Source: an uncultured Spirochaetota bacterium (lineage in GTDB: Bacteria; Spirochaetota; Spirochaetia; SZUA-6; Fen-1364). From it: a DNA stretch of 64,000 nt. The first letter of the stretch is position 1, and the number at the start of each line of letters is the position of its first letter. This document shows positions 17,639 through 28,981 of this stretch, piece after piece. A program made the position numbers and the translations under genes. The notes beneath the pieces are model-generated. The model worked only from the letters and a program-made list of their open reading frames with translations. It ran no database searches and had not been told where the DNA came from. Location of the stretch: contig CAWJSK010000012.1 in NCBI GenBank assembly GCA_963845535.1, forward strand, positions 736,001 through 800,000, given 5' to 3'.

Positions 17639-18433
17639 ATGAAAAGTCTTTCATCACTGGTCGTCATCTCTCTCGCGCTGGCGTTGGCCGTGGCGCCGGT
17701 GGCCTCCGCGGAACAGCCGGAGATTGTCGTTTCGGCGGCAGCCAGCCTCACGGACGTCCTCACAAGTCTCTCGTCCCCGGCGGAGCAATTCATCGGGGCG
17801 AAGCTCCTTTTCAATTTCGGGGCCTCCGGAGCGCTTCGACGCCAGATCGAGGAGGGAGCGCCCGTGGATGTGTTCTTTTCCGCCTCCTCGGAGGACGTCG
17901 ACAAGCTCCTTGCCAAAAGCCTCCTGGTTGCCGGCACGCGCAAAGACCTCCTCTCCAACAGGGTCGTCCTGATCGGGGGCCCGCACGCCTCGCCCCTGCG
18001 CGCGGCGGAAACGGAGACGGCCGTGAGCGCCCTGAAAGCGCTCCTTTCCGGCGCAAGCCTCGTGGCCGTGGGCAATCCGGACACCGTGCCGGCCGGCCGT
18101 TACGCGGTGCGCGCCTTGACGACGTACGGCCTCTACCCGATCGTGAAGTCGAAGCTGGTCCTCGGCGGGAACGTCCGTGAAGTGCTCCAGTACGTGCAGA
18201 ATGGATCAGCGCCCCTGGGGATCGTTTTCCTGACGGATGCTCTCACCGTATCACCGGGCAGCATACAACGGCTGTTCGAGTTCCCTGATGACGCCGTCGG
18301 GATTCCCATCCTCTATCCGGTGGCGGTGGTGAGCGCCTCGAAGCACAAGGATAAGGCCGAAAAACTGATCGAGTTCTTCCAGGGGGACGCGGCGCGGAAC
18401 GTATTTCGAAGCGCGGGGTTCATCCTGAGATGA
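17639..18433 (+). CDS. modA: Molybdate ABC transporter substrate-binding protein
   Basis: SD AGGAGG; signal peptide; VSAAASL, FGASGAL, GAPVDVFFSA, VPAGRYA. Confidence 0.92.
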   Translation: MKSLSSLVVISLALALAVAPVASAEQPEIVVSAAASLTDVLTSLSSPAEQFIGAKLLFNFGASGALRRQIEEGAPVDVFFSASSEDVDKLLAKSLLVAGTRKDLLSNRVVLIGGPHASPLRAAETETAVSALKALLSGASLVAVGNPDTVPAGRYAVRALTTYGLYPIVKSKLVLGGNVREVLQYVQNGSAPLGIVFLTDALTVSPGSIQRLFEFPDDAVGIPILYPVAVVSASKHKDKAEKLIEFFQGDAARNVFRSAGFILR

Positions 18434-19131
18434 ACCTCCTTTTCCCCATCCTGCTTTCCCTTCGCGTTGCCGTGGTCGCCACCGCGTTCACGTTGGTGAT
18501 TGGGCTGGGCCTGGCAAAGCTCTTTGCCTCCCGCGCCGTGCGCCTCCGGCGGGTCTGGGAGTCCCTCATCCTTTTGCCCATGGTGTTTCCTCCCACCATT
18601 ACCGGCTATCTCCTCCTTGTTCTCTTCGGGAAAAGGAGCCCCGTCGGCGCCCTCCTGGCCCAGCTCGGGCTTTCCGTTGTCTTCACCTGGGCGGCCGCCG
18701 TGATTGCCTCCTTCGTCGTGTCCCTTCCCCTGATGTTCCAGAACTGCAAGGCCGCCCTGCGCAGCGTGGACACGCAGCTGGAAAACGCGGCGCGCACCCT
18801 CGGGCTCAGGGAAGGCAGAGTTTTCCTTCGCGTCACGCTTCCCCTGGCAACGCCGGGGATCCTGAGCGGAACGGCGCTGTCCTTTGCCAGGGCCCTCGGG
18901 GAGTTCGGCGCAACGCTCATGATTGCCGGCAACATACCCGGCAGGACGCAGACCATCCCGCTGGCCCTCTATTCCGCGGTGGAAAGCGGACGGCAGGCGG
19001 AAGCGAACATACTCCTTGCCGTTACGGTTGCGCTCTCCTTCGCCGTCGTGATCGTGGTGAGCTTCTATGAGAGGCTCGGGGCCGGCGAACGCGCGGGACG
19101 GACCGGGGGAAGGGTTCCGCCACGACGCTGA
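18430..19131 (+). CDS. modB: Molybdate ABC transporter permease
   Basis: LPMVFPPTITGY, ENAARTLG, FARALGEFGAT, GNIPGRTQT. Confidence 0.92.
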   Translation: MNLLFPILLSLRVAVVATAFTLVIGLGLAKLFASRAVRLRRVWESLILLPMVFPPTITGYLLLVLFGKRSPVGALLAQLGLSVVFTWAAAVIASFVVSLPLMFQNCKAALRSVDTQLENAARTLGLREGRVFLRVTLPLATPGILSGTALSFARALGEFGATLMIAGNIPGRTQTIPLALYSAVESGRQAEANILLAVTVALSFAVVIVVSFYERLGAGERAGRTGGRVPPRR

Positions 19132-19751
19132 TCAACTTCGAGAAGGAGCTTGCCCTCTTCACGCTCAAGGCTGCGTTCATGCTGGAAAAAAACATGACCG
19201 CAATCCTGTGGGGCGAATCCGGGGCTGGCAAGACGACGGTGCTCAACTGCATTGCAGGGCTCCTGGACCCTGATCGAGGTGAGATCCTCGTGGAAGGCAA
19301 GACGGTGTTTTCATCCACGCGCGGGATCAGCCTTCCTCCGCGTGAGCGGAACGTGGGTTTCGTCTTCCAGAGCTATGCGCTCTTTCCCCACCTCAGCGCG
19401 GAGGAGAACGTGGCCCTGGCAATGCCGCGCGCCAAGAGGCGCGACGCGGTGGAGTACCTGGAGAGGTTCCATATCGAGCGCATGAGGAAATCGAAGCCGC
19501 CGTACCTCTCGGGAGGGGAGCGCCAGAGGCTGGCCCTGGCCAGGGCGCTCGCAACGAAACCCCGCCTGCTCCTCCTCGATGAGCCTTTCAGCGCGCTGGA
19601 CACGCGGACGCGGGAAGAGACTCATCGGGAGTTTCTTGCCCTTCGGGATGAGCTTTCCATGAGCGTCATCCTCGTGACGCATGACCGAAGCGAAGCCAGG
19701 CTCCTGGGCCACAGGATCTACGAGCTTCGTGACGGCGAGGTCTTGGAATAG
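19128..19751 (+). CDS. modC: Molybdate ABC transporter ATPase (start uncertain)
   Basis: GESGAGKT, VFQSYALFPH, LSGGERQR, LLLDEPFSALD, VTHD; homology extends upstream of ATG 19179. Confidence 0.85.
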   Translation: MINFEKELALFTLKAAFMLEKNMTAILWGESGAGKTTVLNCIAGLLDPDRGEILVEGKTVFSSTRGISLPPRERNVGFVFQSYALFPHLSAEENVALAMPRAKRRDAVEYLERFHIERMRKSKPPYLSGGERQRLALARALATKPRLLLLDEPFSALDTRTREETHREFLALRDELSMSVILVTHDRSEARLLGHRIYELRDGEVLE

Positions 19752-19761
19752 GACGGGAAGC

Positions 19762-20511
19762 ATGGCGGACCTCGAAGCGTTCGTGAAAAAGCTCTTCCTC
19801 CCCGGCGCTGTCTACACATTTGTGGGAGCCGGCGGAAAATCCACGGCAATGCGCCGAGTCGCGCGCATCCTCGCCCGGAGCGGGTTGCGCCCGCGCATGA
19901 CAACGACCACCCGCGTGGGGATCGAGGAGTTCTCGGGCTTCCCCGTTTTCTTTGCGCCGGCCGCGCGGGATCTCAGGGAGGCATGCGGCGGTCGTGAGCC
20001 CGTCCGGCTCATCGTTTCCTCCGCGCTCGCCGGGCAGGGGAAATACGCGGGGGTCGACCCCGCCCTTTTCGACGGGATGGAGGTCGGCGACGACTCGGTT
20101 CTCCTCGTGGAAGGGGACGGGTCGCGCCGCAAGCCTCTGAAGGTACCCACGAGCCGGGAGCCCGTCATTCCCGCCTGCACCGCGCTTGTCTTCGCTCTCA
20201 TGGGGGCATCCGGTTTTGGCGAGCCCATCGACGAGGAGCACTGCTATAACCACCAGGCGGTTTCCGGCATCGTGCCACCGGGCACACGGAGCTTCGACGC
20301 GGCCTCCCTGGCAGCCATTGCAGCCCATCCTGCCGGATGTCGCAAAGGAGTCGTGCGCGGGATGGGATTTCACGTAGTCATGAACCAGGGAGACCTGCCG
20401 GCCAAACGACCCATCGGGGCCGAGGCTTTGGGTATCCTCAAAGCCCAGGGGATCGATGGCAGCCTGGTTTCCTTGCAGCAGGAGGTCGTGTACGAAACCC
20501 CCGGCCTCTGA
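19762..20511 (+). CDS. yqeC: Selenium cofactor biosynthesis protein YqeC
   Basis: FVGAGGKST, TTTT, LVEGDGSRRKPLK, EPVIP; context with yqeB and selD. Confidence 0.8.
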   Translation: MADLEAFVKKLFLPGAVYTFVGAGGKSTAMRRVARILARSGLRPRMTTTTRVGIEEFSGFPVFFAPAARDLREACGGREPVRLIVSSALAGQGKYAGVDPALFDGMEVGDDSVLLVEGDGSRRKPLKVPTSREPVIPACTALVFALMGASGFGEPIDEEHCYNHQAVSGIVPPGTRSFDAASLAAIAAHPAGCRKGVVRGMGFHVVMNQGDLPAKRPIGAEALGILKAQGIDGSLVSLQQEVVYETPGL

Positions 20512-20512
20512 G

Positions 20513-21397
20513 ATGCTGCTCGCGCTCGTCAAGGGCGGAGGAGACCTGGCCACGGGGGTCGCCCTTTCCCTGCACCGGGCGGGATTCGGCGTCGTGATGA
20601 CCGAGATTGCCCAGCCGACTGCCATTCGGCTGACGGTGTCATTCGCCCAAGCCGTCTACGAGGGCGGCCACACCGTCGAAGGCGTGCGGGCCGTGCGGAC
20701 GGATGCGGAGGGATGGCGGGCCGTGGTGGAGGCAGGCGCCGTTGCCGTTCTCGTGGACCCGCGGGCAGCCATCCTGTCGCGCGTGTCCACGCACCTCGTC
20801 GTGGACGCAATCATGGCAAAGCGGAACACGGGCACGGGTCGCGCGGAGCGCAGCGTGGTGATCGGCCTGGGCCCGGGGTTCACCGCCGGCGCGGACGCGG
20901 GAGCGGACGTGGACGCCGTGATCGAGACCGCGCGCGGGCACGAGCTGGGACGCGTCATCCGCGCGGGGGTTGCGCGGGAAGACAGCGGCGTGCCCGGGGA
21001 GATCGGGGGCCGCGGCGCCGAACGCGTGCTGCGCGCCCCCGCGGACGGGAACGTGATCCACGTGAAGGAGATCGGGGCCATCGTCAGGAAAGGGGAGCCG
21101 GTGGCGCGCGTGGGTGACCTGACGGTGACGGCGCCGTTCGACGGGTGCCTGCGGGGCCTCATCCACCATGGGCTTGCCGTGCGCCGGGGGATGAAAATCG
21201 GGGACGTTGACCCGCGCGGGGAAGCGCAATATGCATCCACCGTGTCGGACAAAGCCCGGGCCCTCGGGCGGGCCGTGCTGGAGGCGGCTCTCCTCCTTGG
21301 CCGGGAAAGGGGCCTTTTCCAGCTCGAGCCTCGCGCTTCGGGCGGCGCGCTCAGGAGACCGTCACAACGTCCCCCGGACCGAGAAACTTCTCCGTGA
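20513..21397 (+). CDS. yqeB: Selenium-dependent molybdenum cofactor biosynthesis protein YqeB
   Basis: VKGGGDLATG, VDAIMAKRN, IGLGPGF, VIETARGH, KIGDVDPRG, SDKARALG. Confidence 0.9.
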   Translation: MLLALVKGGGDLATGVALSLHRAGFGVVMTEIAQPTAIRLTVSFAQAVYEGGHTVEGVRAVRTDAEGWRAVVEAGAVAVLVDPRAAILSRVSTHLVVDAIMAKRNTGTGRAERSVVIGLGPGFTAGADAGADVDAVIETARGHELGRVIRAGVAREDSGVPGEIGGRGAERVLRAPADGNVIHVKEIGAIVRKGEPVARVGDLTVTAPFDGCLRGLIHHGLAVRRGMKIGDVDPRGEAQYASTVSDKARALGRAVLEAALLLGRERGLFQLEPRASGGALRRPSQRPPDRETSP

Positions 21398-21992
21398 TCT
21401 CGTACATGTTGGAGACACGGCCTGCGCGGAGCTTGTCCAGCAGGTGAAAGTAGTCCAGGCAGGTGCCGCAGACCAGGACTTCCACGCCGCGTGACTCGAT
21501 CTTTCGAAGAAGCTCGATCGTCTCCTCCTGCTCGGCTGCCAGACGCACGCCCGAGTTCATCAGAACGAGAGCGCGCGGCGGCCTGTCCAGCTCGCCAATG
21601 GTGTGAAGGAGCCCGCGCACCAGGAGCCTTCCCAGCGCTTCGTCCCCGCGTCCGATCTGATCCGAGGAAAGGAAGATTGTCTTCCCCGCAAACTGGCGGT
21701 CGGGAGCCGCGGCGGGCGGCTCTTCATCACAAGAAGGATTGGCGCCGCCGCCGCGGGCTTTCTCACGCATGGCGTCAGTTACCAGGGCCGAGATTGCATG
21801 AACCCTGCCGCGGCTGGCCGTCACCGGTTCGGCGGCGCCGGTGAACTTCAGGAATCGTATGACATTCTGCCGGGCCGCCTCGTTGTCCACAACGACCTCG
21901 ATCTCATCCAGACCGGCTTCCACCATCGCCTTTCTGCAGAGGATCACCGGCTGGGGGCACGCCAGCCCCTTCGCGTCGATCGATCTCTTCAT
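21351..21992 (-). CDS. yedF: Sulfurtransferase-like selenium metabolism protein YedF (TusA + DsrE-like)
   Basis: IDAKGLACPQPV, VDN, LMNSGV, VCGTCLDY, SNMYEI. Confidence 0.85.
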   Translation of the reverse strand: MKRSIDAKGLACPQPVILCRKAMVEAGLDEIEVVVDNEAARQNVIRFLKFTGAAEPVTASRGRVHAISALVTDAMREKARGGGANPSCDEEPPAAAPDRQFAGKTIFLSSDQIGRGDEALGRLLVRGLLHTIGELDRPPRALVLMNSGVRLAAEQEETIELLRKIESRGVEVLVCGTCLDYFHLLDKLRAGRVSNMYEITEKFLGPGDVVTVS

Positions 21993-22224
21993 ATTTCCTC
22001 CGTCCTTCCCGCATGACAACGCGATACAGCACGGCCGGCAGACCCAGCGCTTCCCACCACGGAGGCTTCTCCCGCTTCTCAGCGCCTGCGAGAAGCGAGA
22101 AGCCGCAGCCGGTCTTCACTACGGGCGGCGTCGGCACGAGGGTCACCGCAACGCCCTGGCGTTTCAACGTCTGCTCGGCGCTCAAAGTCTGGTGAATCCC
22201 CGGCAGAACGACAAGAAGCTCCAC
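21904..22224 (-). CDS. DUF3343-like small protein
   Basis: HQTLSAEQTLK, LVPTP, GCGFSL pattern; lies between selD and yedF. Confidence 0.6.
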   Translation of the reverse strand: MELLVVLPGIHQTLSAEQTLKRQGVAVTLVPTPPVVKTGCGFSLLAGAEKREKPPWWEALGLPAVLYRVVMREGRRKYEEIDRREGAGVPPAGDPLQKGDGGSRSG

Positions 22225-22231
22225 GCTGCTT

Positions 22232-23257
22232 TCAGGCAAGCTCCACCATCCCCTTGCCGGGAACGGTCTCACCGATGATGGCCGCCAAAACGCCGGCAGC
22301 CCGAAGCTCTGCAAGCGCGGCGTCAGCGTCCGCTGAATCCACCGCGGCAAGGAGGCCACCGGAGGTCTGCGGATCGAAGAGTACATTCAACAGGTCATCG
22401 TCCATCCCGGCTGCTGTGACGACAAACGGCATGCGGAAGCTCCTGTTTCGGTACGTGCCCTCCGGCACCAGGCCCATGGCCGCGTATTGCCTCACTGACG
22501 GGAGGAGCGGCACCGAGGCGGCGGAGACGCGTACGTTGCACGATGAACCGGCCGCCATCTCGCATGCGTGGCCAAGGAGCCCGAAGCCCGTCACGTCGGT
22601 GCAGGCTCGAACGGCATGGCGGGAAAAGATATCGCATGCGACGCGGTTCAGCGCGCTCATGCCATCGATTGCGGCGCCAAGAGCCTGCGGGGAAGCGAGC
22701 CCGGCCTTTTCGGCGGTCGTGATGAGCCCGGTCCCGATCGATTTCGTAAGGATGAGCCGCTCCGCGTCTCGGATCGAATTGTTCAGCCACACGCGCTCGG
22801 GATGAACAATCCCGGTGACTGCGTACCCGAGCTTCAGCTCCTTGTCGTCTACGCTGTGCCCGCCCACCAGCGGGCAGCCCGCCTCTTCCAGCGCCGTCAG
22901 CCCGCCCTCCATCATCTTCTGGAGGATCGAGACGTCAAGATTCTCCACGGGGAAGCCTACAATGCACGCGGCCGTGGTGGGCCGTCCGCCCATGGCGTAC
23001 ACGTCCGACAGCGCGTTGGCGGCGGCAATCCGGCCGAACTGGAACGCGTCATCCACGATGGGCGGGAAGAAGTCCACCGTGTGGATCAGCGCCTGCGTCT
23101 CGTTGATCCTGAGCACGCCGGCGTCCTCGCTGTGACGGAAGTCGGCAATCAGGTCGGGGTAGGAGGGTTGGCTCAGTCCGCACAGCGCCTTGTCGAGGAG
23201 CCCCGGACCGAGCTTCGCGCCGCAGCCGGCGAAACGGGAGAGGGAAGTCAGCTTCAT
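22232..23257 (-). CDS. selD: Selenide, water dikinase (Cys form)
   Basis: [55 protein letters not shown]. Confidence 0.95.
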   Translation of the reverse strand: MKLTSLSRFAGCGAKLGPGLLDKALCGLSQPSYPDLIADFRHSEDAGVLRINETQALIHTVDFFPPIVDDAFQFGRIAAANALSDVYAMGGRPTTAACIVGFPVENLDVSILQKMMEGGLTALEEAGCPLVGGHSVDDKELKLGYAVTGIVHPERVWLNNSIRDAERLILTKSIGTGLITTAEKAGLASPQALGAAIDGMSALNRVACDIFSRHAVRACTDVTGFGLLGHACEMAAGSSCNVRVSAASVPLLPSVRQYAAMGLVPEGTYRNRSFRMPFVVTAAGMDDDLLNVLFDPQTSGGLLAAVDSADADAALAELRAAGVLAAIIGETVPGKGMVELA

Positions 23258-24402
23258 GATTCAGCTCCGATCCGGCGCAGCGCTTCGAGAGTCTGGTCGA
23301 CGTCGGCTTGCGTGGTGAACGGTCCGGGAGAGAGGCGGACCGTGCCGCCCGTCCGGAGCGTCCCGATGGCCGCGTGCGCGGCAGGCGCGCAGTGAAGCCC
23401 ATGCCGGCAGGCAATGCCCAGCTCATCGAGCTTCCGTGCCAGCTCATCGAGCGGAATGCGCGCATGTGTCAGGGAAAGAATGGAGAGCCTCTCCTCGGTC
23501 TCCTGCGGACCGTGAACGCGGAAACCGGGCATTTCCGCAAGGCCGCGCCGCAGGCATTCCGCCGCCTGTTTTCTCCTGGCTGCCAGGGCGGCCACTCCAG
23601 TCTCCCGAATGTAGCGCACCGCGGCAAGCAGGCCGGCGATTGCCGGAAGGTTCTGCGTGCCGCTCTCATAGCGGTCCGGGAGAAACGACGGCTGCTCCGC
23701 GGACTCCGAGTCGCTTCCCGTGCCGCCGTAGATGAGCGGCTCGGGCGCGGCGCGGGGGCCCAGGAACAGCAGCCCCAATCCGGCGGGGCCGAGAAGGCCC
23801 TTATGCGCGGAGACGCAAAAAAAATCGAACGGGAAGGAGCCGAGGTCAACGGGGACTTCCCCGGCGCTTTGCGCCGCATCTATTGCGACCAGCGTGTCGG
23901 GAGACATGTGCAGGGCGTCCCGCGCCATCTGCGCAAAAGGGAAGGTCGCGCCCGTCACGTTGCTGGCGGAAGTGAAGACGAGGAGATCCGGTCTCTCCCT
24001 GAGCGCCTCCCGGAACGAGCCGTTGTCCTTGAAAATGCGAGCGCGCAGCCCGAGCTCCTTGTGCAGGGCGCGCAGGGGCCGCATGACGGCGTTGTGCTCC
24101 ATCGCGGAGAGCGCAACGAGGGCGCCCGGGCGCAGGGTCCCGCGGAGGACGAGGTTCAAAGATGCGGTGGTTCCCGGGGTGAAGATCAGCCGGGCCGGGT
24201 CCGCGAAACAGAACAGCTCGGCGGCCGCGCTACGCGCCTCGAAGACCAGCCTGTCGGCGGAAACCGCCCCCGCGTGTGTCCCCCGGCCGGGGCTCCCCAA
24301 CGGCTCCGTGAGGGACCGCGCAACCGCTTCGGCAACGCCCGGGGCCTTGGGCCAGCTGGTTGCCGCGTTGTCCATGTAAACGAACGGAGCCCGGTCCGCC
24401 AT
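23254..24402 (-). CDS. Cysteine desulfurase / selenocysteine lyase family (aminotransferase class V)
   Basis: [43 protein letters not shown]. Confidence 0.9.
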   Translation of the reverse strand: MADRAPFVYMDNAATSWPKAPGVAEAVARSLTEPLGSPGRGTHAGAVSADRLVFEARSAAAELFCFADPARLIFTPGTTASLNLVLRGTLRPGALVALSAMEHNAVMRPLRALHKELGLRARIFKDNGSFREALRERPDLLVFTSASNVTGATFPFAQMARDALHMSPDTLVAIDAAQSAGEVPVDLGSFPFDFFCVSAHKGLLGPAGLGLLFLGPRAAPEPLIYGGTGSDSESAEQPSFLPDRYESGTQNLPAIAGLLAAVRYIRETGVAALAARRKQAAECLRRGLAEMPGFRVHGPQETEERLSILSLTHARIPLDELARKLDELGIACRHGLHCAPAAHAAIGTLRTGGTVRLSPGPFTTQADVDQTLEALRRIGAES

Positions 24403-24519
24403 GAGAGAAATAATACCAGATCGTACACCTGCCGTCCCCCCGCGCAGGGAGACCCTCCGCACCGCGCGCCGGCATCTCGCGCAGCGACCCCTTGCGTCGC
24501 CCCCTGCATCGCCCTTTGC

Positions 24520-24556
24520 TTGACCCTCCCTCTCCCCTGTCAGTATCATCCCGTGC
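24520..24556 (+). promoter_or_regulatory. Sigma70 promoter, probably leaderless leuS mRNA
   Basis: TTGACC(24520-25)-18nt-TATCAT(24544-49)-7nt-ATG; no SD. Confidence 0.6.
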
Positions 24557-26977
24557 ATGACTGGCTATCCGTTCAGCGACATCGAAAAGAAGTGGCAGGC
24601 GTATTGGGCAAAGAACAAGACCTTCCGGGCCAGGGAAGACCCGAAAGTGCCCCGTGAGAAGAGGAAGTACATCCTCGACATGTTCCCCTATCCGTCCGCC
24701 GCGGGCCTCCACGTGGGCCACCCCGAAGGCTACATCGCCACGGACATCTACTGCCGCTACCTGCGCATGAACGGCTTCAATGTGCTGCATCCCATGGGCT
24801 TCGACTCTTTCGGACTGCCCGCGGAAAACTACGCCATCAAGACCGGCACGCACCCCCGCATGTCCACGGAGCAGAACATCGCCCGCTTCACCTCCCAGAT
24901 CAAATCCCTGGGCTTCTCCTATGACTGGGACAGGGTGATCTCCACGTGCGAGCCGGAGTATTACCGGTGGACCCAGTGGATTTTCCTGAAGATGTGGGAG
25001 AAGGGACTGGCGTACGAGGCGGAGGTGCCCATCAACTGGTGTCCTTCCTGTCTGACGGGGCTGGCCAATGAGGAAGTGAAGGACGGATTGTGCGACCGAT
25101 GCGGCACCCCGGTCACCCGGCGCAACCTGCGCCAGTGGATCATGAAGATCACCGCCTACGCGGAAAGGCTGCTCGCTGACCTGGACAAGCTCCAGTGGTC
25201 CGAGTCCTTGAAGCTGATGCAGAGGAACTGGATTGGCCGCAGTGAAGGCGCCAATGTCCGCTTCGCCCTGGCCGCCGGAGGCGGGGAAATCGAGGTCTAC
25301 ACGACACGTCCGGACACGCTTTTTGGCGCAACCTACATGGTGCTGGCACCAGAGCATCCCCTGGTGGCCCGGATCACCACGCCCGCTCAGAAGACGTCCG
25401 TGCAGGACTACATATCCGCTGCCGCCATGAAGTCAGACCTGGAGCGCACCGAACTGGCCAAGGAGAAGACCGGCGTCTTCACCGGAGCTTACGCCATCAA
25501 CCCCATGAACGGAAACAAGATCCCCGTGTGGATCTCGGACTATATCCTGATCTCCTACGGGACCGGGGCCATCATGGCGGTGCCCGGGCATGATGAACGT
25601 GACTTCGAGTTTGCGAAGAAGTTCCGTCTCCCCATTGTCCAAGTGGTTTCCCGTGACGGCTCCACCTATCCCCTGGAAACCGCGGAGCCAATGGAAGGGA
25701 TTGCCGTCAACTCGGGGGAGTTCAATGGGATTTCCACCGCGGAGTTCGAGAAGAAGATCATTGAGTGGCTGCAAAAGAAAGGGATAGGCAGCAGCGCGGT
25801 GAACTACAAGCTGCGGGACTGGATATTCTCCCGCCAGAGGTACTGGGGGGAACCCATCCCCCTCATCCACTGCCCCAAGGACGGCACCGTGGCAGTCCCG
25901 TATGACCAGCTTCCCCTGAAGCTCCCCGAGGTGGCAACCTACAAGCCCACCGGAACGGGGGAAAGCCCGCTGGCGGCAATGACGGACTGGGTGAACACCA
26001 CGTGCCCGAAGTGCGGCGGCCCTGCCAAGAGGGAAACGAACACGATGCCCCAGTGGGCAGGGTCCTGCTGGTATTACATGCGCTACCTGGACCCGCACAA
26101 CGACAAGGAGTTCGCCTCCCGGGAGAAGCTCGAATACTGGATGCCCGTGGACCTGTACGTGGGCGGCGCGGAGCATGCCGTGCTTCACCTCCTGTACTCC
26201 CGGTTCTGGCACAAGTTCCTGTTCGACATCGGCGCCGTGGGCTCGGATGAGCCGTTCATGCGCCTCATCAACCAGGGCATGATCCTGGGAGAAGGCGGCG
26301 TGAAGATGTCCAAGAGCCTTGGGAACGTCATCAATCCGGATGACATCATCACGAGCTTCGGCGCTGACACCATGCGCGTCTACGAGATGTTCATGGGCCC
26401 GCTGGAAGTGTCCAAGCCCTGGTCCACGCGCGGAATTGCCGGGGTGAAGCGCTTCCTGGAAAAGATATGGCGCGCCGCGGAGCTTCCCCTGAATGATGAG
26501 GAGCCCTCGGAGTCCCTCCTGCGGCTGCTCCACAAGACAATCAAGAAGGTCAGCCAGGACACGGGAAAGCTGGAGTTCAATACCGCCATCGCCCAGATGA
26601 TGATCTTCATGAATGAGGTTACCGGCCTTTCCGCCGTGCCCCGCACGCTGTGGCAACCTTTCATCCTCCTCCTGGCTCCGTACGCTCCGCACCTGGCGGA
26701 AGAGCTGTGGGAAAAGACCGGCGGGGCCGCGTCGGTTGGCGCCCAGGCCTGGCCTCGCTGGGATGAGGCGCTGACGGTTGAGGAAATGGTGGAGGTGGTT
26801 TTCCAGATCAACGGCAAGATCCGTGCAAAGGAGAGCCTCCCGGCCGGACTCGGAGAAGCCGAAACAAAGGAGAAAGCCCTGGGCAACGCGAGGATGAAGG
26901 AGCTCCTGGACGGGAAGGAGATCCGCAAGGTCATCGTTGTTCCCGGCAAGCTGGTAAACGTCGTTGCCTCCGTCTGA
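24557..26977 (+). CDS. leuS: Leucine--tRNA ligase
   Basis: [41 protein letters not shown]. Confidence 0.97.
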   Translation: MTGYPFSDIEKKWQAYWAKNKTFRAREDPKVPREKRKYILDMFPYPSAAGLHVGHPEGYIATDIYCRYLRMNGFNVLHPMGFDSFGLPAENYAIKTGTHPRMSTEQNIARFTSQIKSLGFSYDWDRVISTCEPEYYRWTQWIFLKMWEKGLAYEAEVPINWCPSCLTGLANEEVKDGLCDRCGTPVTRRNLRQWIMKITAYAERLLADLDKLQWSESLKLMQRNWIGRSEGANVRFALAAGGGEIEVYTTRPDTLFGATYMVLAPEHPLVARITTPAQKTSVQDYISAAAMKSDLERTELAKEKTGVFTGAYAINPMNGNKIPVWISDYILISYGTGAIMAVPGHDERDFEFAKKFRLPIVQVVSRDGSTYPLETAEPMEGIAVNSGEFNGISTAEFEKKIIEWLQKKGIGSSAVNYKLRDWIFSRQRYWGEPIPLIHCPKDGTVAVPYDQLPLKLPEVATYKPTGTGESPLAAMTDWVNTTCPKCGGPAKRETNTMPQWAGSCWYYMRYLDPHNDKEFASREKLEYWMPVDLYVGGAEHAVLHLLYSRFWHKFLFDIGAVGSDEPFMRLINQGMILGEGGVKMSKSLGNVINPDDIITSFGADTMRVYEMFMGPLEVSKPWSTRGIAGVKRFLEKIWRAAELPLNDEEPSESLLRLLHKTIKKVSQDTGKLEFNTAIAQMMIFMNEVTGLSAVPRTLWQPFILLLAPYAPHLAEELWEKTGGAASVGAQAWPRWDEALTVEEMVEVVFQINGKIRAKESLPAGLGEAETKEKALGNARMKELLDGKEIRKVIVVPGKLVNVVASV

Positions 26978-28116
26978 GCTGGCGCGGCAGGCGTTTCGGC
27001 AGCGCCAGGCGCTGTTCTCCTCCTGGCTCGCTGAGTCGGGGATCTTTGCCTGCGTGCTGGACGATTTCGAGGGCTTGCGCGCAAGCTCCGTGCGTTGGCT
27101 CTGCGGCCACCCCATGGATGCAATCCTCTTCGTTTTTGCGGACGCGCGCACCGTCCTCGTCCCGTGGGACTTGAATCTGGCCCGAGAGATGTCCACCGTT
27201 GACGAGATCGTCCCCTACACGGACTTCAAGCGGTCCTTCCGTGAAGCGGTGATCACCGTGCTGAACGAGCGCGGCGGCGGATCCGGCGGACGCAAAGTGG
27301 AGTTCGGCGGCCATACCACGTTCCTTCGACACCGCGAGCTGCTCGAGGACCTCCCCGACCACGAAATCATCATCAGGCCGGACGGCGCGGACGCGCGCCT
27401 GGGCGCGCTTCGCGCAAGAAAAGACGCGGAGGAGCTGGCGGCGCTGGAGAAGGCGTCGCGGATAACGGATGAAGTTTCCGTACTGGCGGCGGACTACCTG
27501 CGCTCCGCTTCCAACCGCGGGGTCACCGAGCATGAGATGGCGGAGCTCCTGGAACGCGAGGCCGTTGCGCGCGGTGCCGAGGGCATGGGGTTCGAGACGC
27601 TCGCAGCAGGGCCGGGCCGAAGCTGGGGCATCCACCCGTTCCCCGCCTCCACGCGGGGAGCCTTTCGGAGGAGACGGACTTTCCATCCTGGACTTCGGCG
27701 TCAAGGTGGATGGCTACACGAGCGATGTGACGATGACGTTTGCCCGCGGAAAGCTCACGGTAGAGCAGGAGCTCATGATCGAGCTCGTGGAGAAAGCGTA
27801 CGCCGCGGCGCTCCAGGCGGCGCGGCCCAACGTCTCCCCCCGCGAGCCGGCCGTGAAGGCGGATGACGTTTTCCAGGCTGCGGGCTGGCGGATGCCACAC
27901 GCTCTGGGCCACGGGATTGGATTGGATGCGCACGAACGGCCGCTTCTTCACGTGCAAGGAAGCGGCGCGGACTCGGAGCTCAGTCCCGGCATCGTTTTCA
28001 CCATTGAGCCGGGCCTCTACCATCCCCGCCACGGGGGGGTCCGCTGGGAAAACGACGTCCTGATGACTGAAGCCGGACCGAAGGTCCTCACGAACGCCAG
28101 GATCATCCGGTTCTGA
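26964..28116 (+). CDS. Xaa-Pro aminopeptidase (M24) family, frameshift near 27655-27665
   Basis: RARKDAEEL in first frame; [40 protein letters not shown] in second frame. Confidence 0.85.
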
Positions 28117-28125
28117 AGACGCGGC

Positions 28126-28872
28126 CTATTCAAGCGGCCTTGTCACGGTTTCCCGCTCCCCGACGCAGATGCGGAACGCTCCGCCGCGCGTGGAGAAAAG
28201 CGCGTGCATTCCCACGCTGAGCGCCGGCAGTGTCATGCTCTCCACCGTGATGATCAGGTTGGTTGAAGCGAACGGGCTTTCCAGGAACCATTCGCCGGCG
28301 CCGGGGCTCAGGGTCACGTCCCGCGCCGGAAGCAGGTCTATGTCATAGGCGCTGAAGTCACCTTGGGCGAGCTTCTGCGCCACTGCGTCGAGGTCCAGGC
28401 TCCAGGGATCTGCATGCCTCCCGAAGCAGGAAGCGAGCCTCCCGGCGTTGACCAGAGAAGTGTCGAACCCGCGCTCGGCAAGCAGCTTGAAGACATATGC
28501 CAGGCATCCGTCACCCCACGAAAGTGTGATCTCGGAGTTGCCGCTGCCGTCAACGCAGTCCTCTGGGTAAAGCCCGCCCGCCGGCCGCAGGTATCCCGCG
28601 GCGCGCGCCGCGGTTGGATACGCCAGCACAGGTGTGTTGCCGGCTTTCCAGCATGACACCACGGGCGCCTGGCTTCTGTCCGTGACGGTCACCGTCCGCC
28701 AGGTTCCGCTTCCGTCCCGGAAGACCAGGCTGAAGCCGAGGTCAGCGAACGCGCGAGACCACTGCTCGGGCGGCTCGGGAAGCCTGACGCGAAGGTCGGT
28801 TCGAGGTCCGAACAACGCGCACGAAGCGGGAAAAACGATTGACAGCAGGGCAGCAAAGCGCAGCGGTTTCAC
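28126..28872 (-). CDS. Hypothetical lipoprotein (start uncertain)
   Basis: Signal-like MKPLRFAALLSIVFPASC; coding-like ORF downstream of DUF4416 gene. Confidence 0.55.
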   Translation of the reverse strand: MKPLRFAALLSIVFPASCALFGPRTDLRVRLPEPPEQWSRAFADLGFSLVFRDGSGTWRTVTVTDRSQAPVVSCWKAGNTPVLAYPTAARAAGYLRPAGGLYPEDCVDGSGNSEITLSWGDGCLAYVFKLLAERGFDTSLVNAGRLASCFGRHADPWSLDLDAVAQKLAQGDFSAYDIDLLPARDVTLSPGAGEWFLESPFASTNLIITVESMTLPALSVGMHALFSTRGGAFRICVGERETVTRPLE

Positions 28873-28981
28873 CACGCTGGGAATCAACGCCCGAAACTGC
28901 GCGCTGCTTGCAGGCCCGCCTCCAAGAGAGGCCGGCTGGTTGCTTGATTCCACCGGCAAAGCGAAGACGGTTCGCCAGCCC

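Noticed and set aside
23215..23257. Selenocysteine (UGA) in SelD
   Set aside because: Active-site codon is TGC (AGCGAK); ORF is uninterrupted
25433..27196. Long antisense ORFs (587 aa opposite leuS; likewise 23308..24657, 35047..36429, 56985..58796)
   Set aside because: Shadow ORFs expected in high-GC coding DNA; no motifs, and they overlap well-supported genes
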